This document shows positions 58,785 through 64,000 of a stretch of DNA of 64,000 nucleotides, in pieces (within the stretch, counting starts at the first letter, position 1; every line of letters starts with the position of its first letter). The notes beneath the pieces were generated by a model that searched no databases, was not told where the DNA came from, and saw only the letters and a program-made list of their open reading frames with translations. The translations under genes and the position numbers were made by a program. Source of the DNA: an uncultured candidate division Zixibacteria bacterium (GTDB lineage Bacteria; Zixibacteria; MSB-5A5; GN15; FEB-12); contig CAVTJJ010000005.1 in the NCBI GenBank assembly GCA_963735035.1, positions 32,001 through 96,000 of the forward strand, read 5' to 3'.

Positions 58785-60269
58785 ATGAAGATGACTGCTA
58801 AGACTCGTGCGATTGACAAAATTTATAAACGGCGCGATAGGTACGAAATACCAGAGTGGCAAAGACAGGAAGTGTGGAGCAATTCCAAGAAGCAGCATTT
58901 GCTTGACACGATACTGAGAGGCTGGAGACTTCCGAAGTTCTACTTCCTAAAGACGTCGGATGAGCCAGAAAACTACGAGGTTGTGGACGGACAACAACGA
59001 CTGGCGACCATTTTTCAGTTCTTTGAGGATGACCTTTCTTTGTCCAAGGAGAGCGCCAAACTCTTCGGTGGTTTCAAGTACAGTGACCTGCCTGACGCCA
59101 TTGCTGATCCTTTCGACGATTATGAAATTGAGTTTGACGAGATCGAGGATGCTTCGGACGAAGAGGTCAAGGACTTCTTTCAGCGGCTTCAATTGGGTGT
59201 TCAGCTTACAGCCAGTGAGAAATTGAATTCGATTCCGAGTAAACTCCGAGATTTCGTAAAGAAGGGGACCAAGCACAAGTTTTTCGCCAAGATTTCCGCG
59301 AGCGACAGAAGATACGGGCATTTTGACATATTAGCGAAAGTCGCAACGATGGAATTAGAGGGGATTGACGCAGGTCTGCGATACGACGATATGAAAGCTG
59401 TGTTTTTGAGCCATGCGATGTTCTCGCCAGCATCGAATATAGGCAAGAGACTGACAGCGGCATTGGACTTTGCCTATTCTGGCTTCGCCGACGGATCCGG
59501 TGGGTTGAAAAACAGGACACTTGTACAATCTCTCCTGACGATGATCTGTCGACTTATTCAATCCCCTGAAGCGATGAAACAACATAGGCGTGTTGCAGCC
59601 TTCTTCGTGGAGTTTCAGAAGGAACTCAAACGACAGGTGGAACTGGGTCAGCAGGCCACCGATGAGGACTATCTGAGGTTTCAGAAGACGATAAATGCCA
59701 ATGTCAAGTCGGGCGCTCGTATCCGACAGGAGATACTGCTCCGCAAGCTGTTTTCATTTGATCCGGCATTCGCAGAACTGCTCGACACGGCAACTGTGGC
59801 CGAAAGTGGGCTACGCTCAGCCGTTAGCAGGGATGCTCAAGAAATTGTCTACCGAATCGCATCATTGAATGAGCAATATGCTGCCAAGCACGGGGAAAAT
59901 CTGATAACAACTACTAATAGAACACTGCAAGCCCAAACCAGGCTAGGAAACGCGGTCAAGAACTTCGACGAGTACAAGAGGCTTGTTGACGATCTGTACT
60001 TTCTATTTCGTGAGGGGGTTGGGGCGCGGCTTGACGGTCAGACTTTGAAGTCTTTTAATGACGTCAATGTCTTGCGGACCGATCTGCGCCACGACGTTGA
60101 ACACGGCAAAAAGAATAGGATCCGCTCGAAGAAGCTGAAGTCGGGGGAAGTCTTCAAGTCCTACTCAGGCAGCACTTCTCCGGTCGGGCTAGGTGATGAT
60201 AAGTTCGTAATGGTTCAGGCAAATCTGCTGTCAGCTATAAAGAGAGATATCGTCGCCATCAAGATCTGA
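58785..60269 (+). CDS. DUF262 (ParB/Srx-like, GmrS-type) domain protein
   Basis: IPEWQRQEVW, VVDGQQRL, FFQRLQ.G..L; SD aagggag before ATG 58785. Confidence 0.88.
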   Translation: MKMTAKTRAIDKIYKRRDRYEIPEWQRQEVWSNSKKQHLLDTILRGWRLPKFYFLKTSDEPENYEVVDGQQRLATIFQFFEDDLSLSKESAKLFGGFKYSDLPDAIADPFDDYEIEFDEIEDASDEEVKDFFQRLQLGVQLTASEKLNSIPSKLRDFVKKGTKHKFFAKISASDRRYGHFDILAKVATMELEGIDAGLRYDDMKAVFLSHAMFSPASNIGKRLTAALDFAYSGFADGSGGLKNRTLVQSLLTMICRLIQSPEAMKQHRRVAAFFVEFQKELKRQVELGQQATDEDYLRFQKTINANVKSGARIRQEILLRKLFSFDPAFAELLDTATVAESGLRSAVSRDAQEIVYRIASLNEQYAAKHGENLITTTNRTLQAQTRLGNAVKNFDEYKRLVDDLYFLFREGVGARLDGQTLKSFNDVNVLRTDLRHDVEHGKKNRIRSKKLKSGEVFKSYSGSTSPVGLGDDKFVMVQANLLSAIKRDIVAIKI

Positions 60270-60287
60270 TCCTATGCCGCTTTTCCG

Positions 60288-60315
60288 TTGACAAGTCCCT
60301 CAAAACCAGTACATT
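60288..60315 (+). promoter_or_regulatory. sigma70-type promoter of tRNA-Thr
   Basis: TTGACA-N16-TACATT. Confidence 0.6.
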
Positions 60316-60347
60316 GGCCGGTCTGATTGACGATAATCGTCAAGTAA

Positions 60348-60420
60348 GCCACCGTAGCTCAGATGGTAGAGCAACTGATTCGTAATCAGTCGGTCGACGG
60401 TTCGATTCCGCCCGGTGGCT
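60348..60420 (+). tRNA. tRNA-Thr(CGT)
   Basis: GCCACCG/CGGTGGC acceptor stem, AGCTCAGATGGTAGAGC D arm, anticodon loop TT-CGT-AA, GGTTCGATTCC; CCA is not encoded. Confidence 0.93.
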
Positions 60421-60456
60421 CTTTTTTATGCCTCTTATTTTGGCGGGTTTGTCTTA

Positions 60457-60997
60457 CGAGTCGGCAGATGTGGACATCTGCCGGGCACGGTTCAAGAGTG
60501 TCCGGACCCACCGCAAGCGGTGGGGCACCCGGACACGTATAGTTCAAGAAGACGGACGCAAGTCCGTCACCCCTGCGGCGGCAGGGGCCCAGTCAAGGTG
60601 GCTAATAACCCAATCCAAATGTCAGCATAGACCTTCCAAAGAGAGGTCTTCAAAATAGTTGACTTAGGTGCTCTGCGGTCTTGTCTGGGTTCCTGCCTTC
60701 GCAGGAATGACGAAGAGGGGGGCAGGAATGACAAAGTAAACGCGTCAGGTCACACGATCCGCCCGCCTTCGGCGGCCAGATCGCAGGACCTGACGCAACA
60801 GCTATAGGGGGCTTCGTACGAGTCGGCAGATGTGGGCATCTGCCGGGCACGGTTATTTCACCCACAATCTCACAACCCTTGGGTGCCCCGCCTGAAGCGG
60901 GGCAAGACAGAATTGAGTTAGCGGGGCAAGATAGGTTTGGGGGACTATTCGCGTCAGGTCACACGTCCCGCAAGGCGGGCCGCAGTACCTGACGCAA
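60457..60997. repeat. Large REP-like cluster between tRNA-Thr and pfk
   Basis: Two GTGC-type, two gcgtcaggtc..cctgacgc, GTCA-type and GGTG-type hairpins. Confidence 0.88.
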
Positions 60998-61008
60998 CCC
61001 TATAGGCC

Positions 61009-62214
61009 CTAATATATCCGCTGGGGGTAGCGGGTTTCCTTTTTGCATGCCGGCTCGTACTCCTGGCGCACCCGACCAAACGTGAACCCCAACTGCTCAA
61101 ACACCGCCACCTCGGTCAAGTCCACCAGTCGCGACTTGATCGCGTCCTTGATGTCCATGTACCAGGCGGTATTGTTCGAGAACCCGGTCACCGTAATCCC
61201 CGAAAAGTCGCGCAGGAGCAGCACTACCGCGTTGGCCCCGGCGACCATCCCAAAATTAGCGTCGTAGGCCGAGGTCGTGCCCGAGCGGACCAGGTGCGAC
61301 GGGACAATTGTCCGCACTTCGGGCACCTCGAACAGGCCGTCGACATACATCCCCTGGCGCAGCATGAACTGTTTGATATCGGGGTCGGCCTTGAGGCGTT
61401 TCTTCATCTCCTGCTCGACAAACCGCCCCGCCCCGGCCAGCTTTTTGTGCCCGAACGTGTCCAATCCGGCCGATTCGTCGTACATCTCCTTGCCGGAAGC
61501 GTCTTTCAGCCCCTCGGCGACCACGACCGTGTAGGTGCCGGCTTTGACGTCGGACTCGATAATGCGTTTGGTGAACACCTTCTTGCAGTGGCGGTAGAGT
61601 TCGTCGAAATCGACCGGGATTTCCGGAATCAGGATAGCGTCCGCCTCGCCCGCGACCCCGCCCCGAAACGCAGTGTGTCCGGCGTACCTGCCGAAAACTT
61701 CGACCACCATGATCCGGTTGTGGGTCCGTCCGGTTGTTTTCAGTTCGCGAACAAAAAATCCGATCCGGTTGATGGTCGAATCGCCGCCGACCGAGTAGCA
61801 GACGAGGTCGAGGTCCATCGTCTTAGGCGCGTGAACGCAGTGGATGCCGCGCTCGGAGAGATCGGCCACGACCGCGCCGGTGTCGTCGCCGCCGCTGATG
61901 ACAAGGCCGTCGATCTGGAACTTGGCGAGCCCGGCTTTGATCCGCTCGTATTTCTGATCGTCTTTGATTTTGGCGATTTTGACCCGCGAATGGCCGGCTT
62001 CGGATCCCGCCTGGCCGATACTGAACGTGTCGAGCCGCGACGGGGTTAGTTCGACCAGGTAGTCCATATCGACCATGTTGTAAAGTCCGGCGTAGCCGTT
62101 GGGGATGGCGTAAGCCGAGAGGCCCTTGCGTGTTGCCATTTGGGCCGCCCCTTTGACGACCGCGTTGAGGCCGCCGCAGTCGCCGCCGCTGGTGATGATG
62201 CCTATGTGCCGCAT
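61009..62214 (-). CDS. 6-phosphofructokinase (probably PPi-dependent)
   Basis: TSGGDCGGLN, GGDDT, PKTMD, VEVFGRYAG. Confidence 0.9.
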   Translation of the reverse strand: MRHIGIITSGGDCGGLNAVVKGAAQMATRKGLSAYAIPNGYAGLYNMVDMDYLVELTPSRLDTFSIGQAGSEAGHSRVKIAKIKDDQKYERIKAGLAKFQIDGLVISGGDDTGAVVADLSERGIHCVHAPKTMDLDLVCYSVGGDSTINRIGFFVRELKTTGRTHNRIMVVEVFGRYAGHTAFRGGVAGEADAILIPEIPVDFDELYRHCKKVFTKRIIESDVKAGTYTVVVAEGLKDASGKEMYDESAGLDTFGHKKLAGAGRFVEQEMKKRLKADPDIKQFMLRQGMYVDGLFEVPEVRTIVPSHLVRSGTTSAYDANFGMVAGANAVVLLLRDFSGITVTGFSNNTAWYMDIKDAIKSRLVDLTEVAVFEQLGFTFGRVRQEYEPACKKETRYPQRIY

Positions 62215-62317
62215 AGAATATTATCCTTTAGAGTGAGTCTCATTTTGTCGCGTTCGTGGTTCGATGAATTGATTCACGGGGGATAGTATAGGAGCGGCGT
62301 GAGGTGACGTCAATGTT

Positions 62318-62697
62318 TTGATCGGCGGCCACTTTTCAATCGCCAGCCAATTTTTTTGATCGGCAGGCAACTCTTTGATCGGCAGGCCACATTTTGATCG
62401 GCAGGCCTCCGGGCCTGCCGCCAAGAAGACGGCGGGGGTGGGACCCTGCCGATTAAGGAGGAACGTGGTGTCGGGCGTCTCTGGCCGACACCGGATCGAT
62501 CGGAACTTCCGTCAGGCAGAGACGCCTGACGGCACGAAATCCCAGCGCAAGCGCTGGGGCACCAGGAAGACGGAGATTCGTTCGAGCCGGCAGATGTGGA
62601 CATCTGCCGGGCACGTGAACCGGTGGCCACTTTTTGATCGGCAGGCCTCCGGGCCTGCCGGAACGTAAGGCGGCAGGGGTGGGACCCTGCCGATCAC
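62318..62697. repeat. REP-like cluster with an approximately 19-bp tandem of half-sites
   Basis: gatcggc(a/g)g at 62320, 62358, 62377 and 62396, then full hairpins. Confidence 0.85.
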
Positions 62698-62791
62698 GCG
62701 TGGTCCGGAACAGGGGCGGGGGGAAAGTTGTTGCTTTTGCCGACGTCCGGGATATCTTGGCGCATCGACCCACGGTGGTTGTAACATAGTT

Positions 62792-63448
62792 ATGTGGTGG
62801 AAACTTCTCATATTCTTAGGCATGGCGGCGATGATTGTCGCCAGCTTTGCCACGCCCGCCCCGCAAGCTCAGATCGGCGAGGCCAGCCGGATATTCTACT
62901 ATCATATCCCGCAGGCCTGGCTGTGCGTGATAGCCTTTGCGGTCTCGATGATCTTCTCGATCCAGTTTCTCCGCACTCGCCGCATTGCCGACGATGACCG
63001 AGCGGTTACGGCCGCTTCGTTGGGGTTCATCTTCTGTTTTCTGGCGACTGTAACCGGGGCGACTTTCGCCAAGATCACCTGGGGGTCATTCTGGAACTGG
63101 GACCCGCGAGAAACCTCGATCTTTGTCCTGTTGTTGATTTATGCGGCTTATTTCGCGCTGAGAAACGCCATAGAAGAAGAACAAAAGCGGGCCGCGTTAT
63201 CGGCCGTTTATTCGATATTTGCCTTTGTGACGGTGCCGTTTCTGATCTTTGTCGTGCCCCGGATTGTCCCGTCGCTTCATCCGGCCGATTCGGTAGTGGA
63301 CCAGAACATGCGCTTTACGATGGGGCCGCTGGTTGGGACAATTTTTGGCAGTTCGCTGGCGTTGTTTACGGCCCTTTTCATCTGGATTTTGAACCTGGCG
63401 GTCCGGATCAAGCGAATCGAGCGGGCCCGTTTGGAGAAGGAGTTCTAA
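62792..63448 (+). CDS. ccmC: Cytochrome c biogenesis heme exporter CcmC
   Basis: RIFYYHIP.AW, WGSFWNWDPRET (WWD domain), SLHP. Confidence 0.9.
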   Translation: MWWKLLIFLGMAAMIVASFATPAPQAQIGEASRIFYYHIPQAWLCVIAFAVSMIFSIQFLRTRRIADDDRAVTAASLGFIFCFLATVTGATFAKITWGSFWNWDPRETSIFVLLLIYAAYFALRNAIEEEQKRAALSAVYSIFAFVTVPFLIFVVPRIVPSLHPADSVVDQNMRFTMGPLVGTIFGSSLALFTALFIWILNLAVRIKRIERARLEKEF

Positions 63449-63559
63449 ATGGACGGCAATTATGTCGCTTTGGCGGTCACTCTGCTGATCTGGGTCGGTT
63501 TGTTCTTCTTTCTGATGCGGCTGGACAAGCGGGTCAAAGAGCTCGAAAAGCGTTCGTAG
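63449..63559 (+). CDS. ccmD: CcmD-like small membrane protein (36 aa; below the ORF-track cutoff)
   Basis: MDGNYVALAVTLLIWVGLFFFLMRLDKRVKELEKRS; SD aaggag; abuts the ccmC stop. Confidence 0.8.
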   Translation: MDGNYVALAVTLLIWVGLFFFLMRLDKRVKELEKRS

Positions 63560-63584
63560 TTTTTCAGGCTTCAACCAAGCGAAT

Positions 63585-63871
63585 CGGCGGGTTTGAAGCA
63601 GACCCGCCCTACAAGAGTTTCCCACTCGGTTTCATACCCAAGATCTAGGCGCGGAGTACCTCTAAGTCACCCTGAGTCTGTCGAAGGGTGACTAGGCGGG
63701 TGAAAGTCATGCTTCGACAAGCTCAGCATGACTTGTAGGGCAGGTCCGTCTTCGAACCTGCCATCTTCTGCGCACAAGCGAAAACAACGGCGGGTTTGAA
63801 GCAGACCCGCCCTACAAGAGCTGGTCGCATGACCCGCCAAAGCAAGTCACCCTGAGCCTGTCGAAGGGTGA
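63585..63871. repeat. REP-like cluster (GTAG-type and GTCACCCTGAG..GTCGAAGGG type)
   Basis: ggcgggtttgaagcagacccgccctaca twice; gtcaccctgag(t/c)ctgtcgaagggtga twice. Confidence 0.88.
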
Positions 63872-64000
63872 TTCAGTTTTTGGAACTTACCCTTCAGCCA
63901 AGCTTATAATCCTACAATAGTTAAATCTGCCGATGGCCGTCCCCCGGAATCAGCGTTGGTTCGCGTTTGGGGCCGGCCCCGGCAGGCCAGAACGAGAACA

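Overview
A GC-rich bacterial chromosomal window with about 55 mostly unlinked genes. The gene content and the paralogous large secreted proteins suggest an FCB-group lineage such as candidate Zixibacteria; this is inference only. It holds peptidases (M1, M29, an M16 pair, S46, M28), cheW, glnS, corA, hypA, NDH-2, an ECF sigma/anti-sigma pair, SRAP-umuD-umuC, a type IV pilin, comF-xerD, a GGDEF-like protein, a GT4 + GH130-like pair, three RRM RNA-binding paralogues, a solo DUF262 gene, PFK and ccmC/ccmD. There are also tRNA-Leu(TAA), tRNA-Thr(CGT) and one IS30-family element. The most striking structure is non-coding: many intergenic spaces are filled with roughly ten families of REP-like palindromes. 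These nest inside each other, carry interchangeable 14-24 bp mini-hairpins, form tandem arrays, flank one gene as 71-bp direct repeats, and provide the target and the stop codon for the IS30 transposase. Other leads are a conserved 5' leader shared by the three RRM genes, a structured cheW leader, sigma28-like promoters before cheW and the pilin, and four frameshifts clustered at 14.9-20.2 kb that are probably sequence errors. No CRISPR array or rRNA was found.
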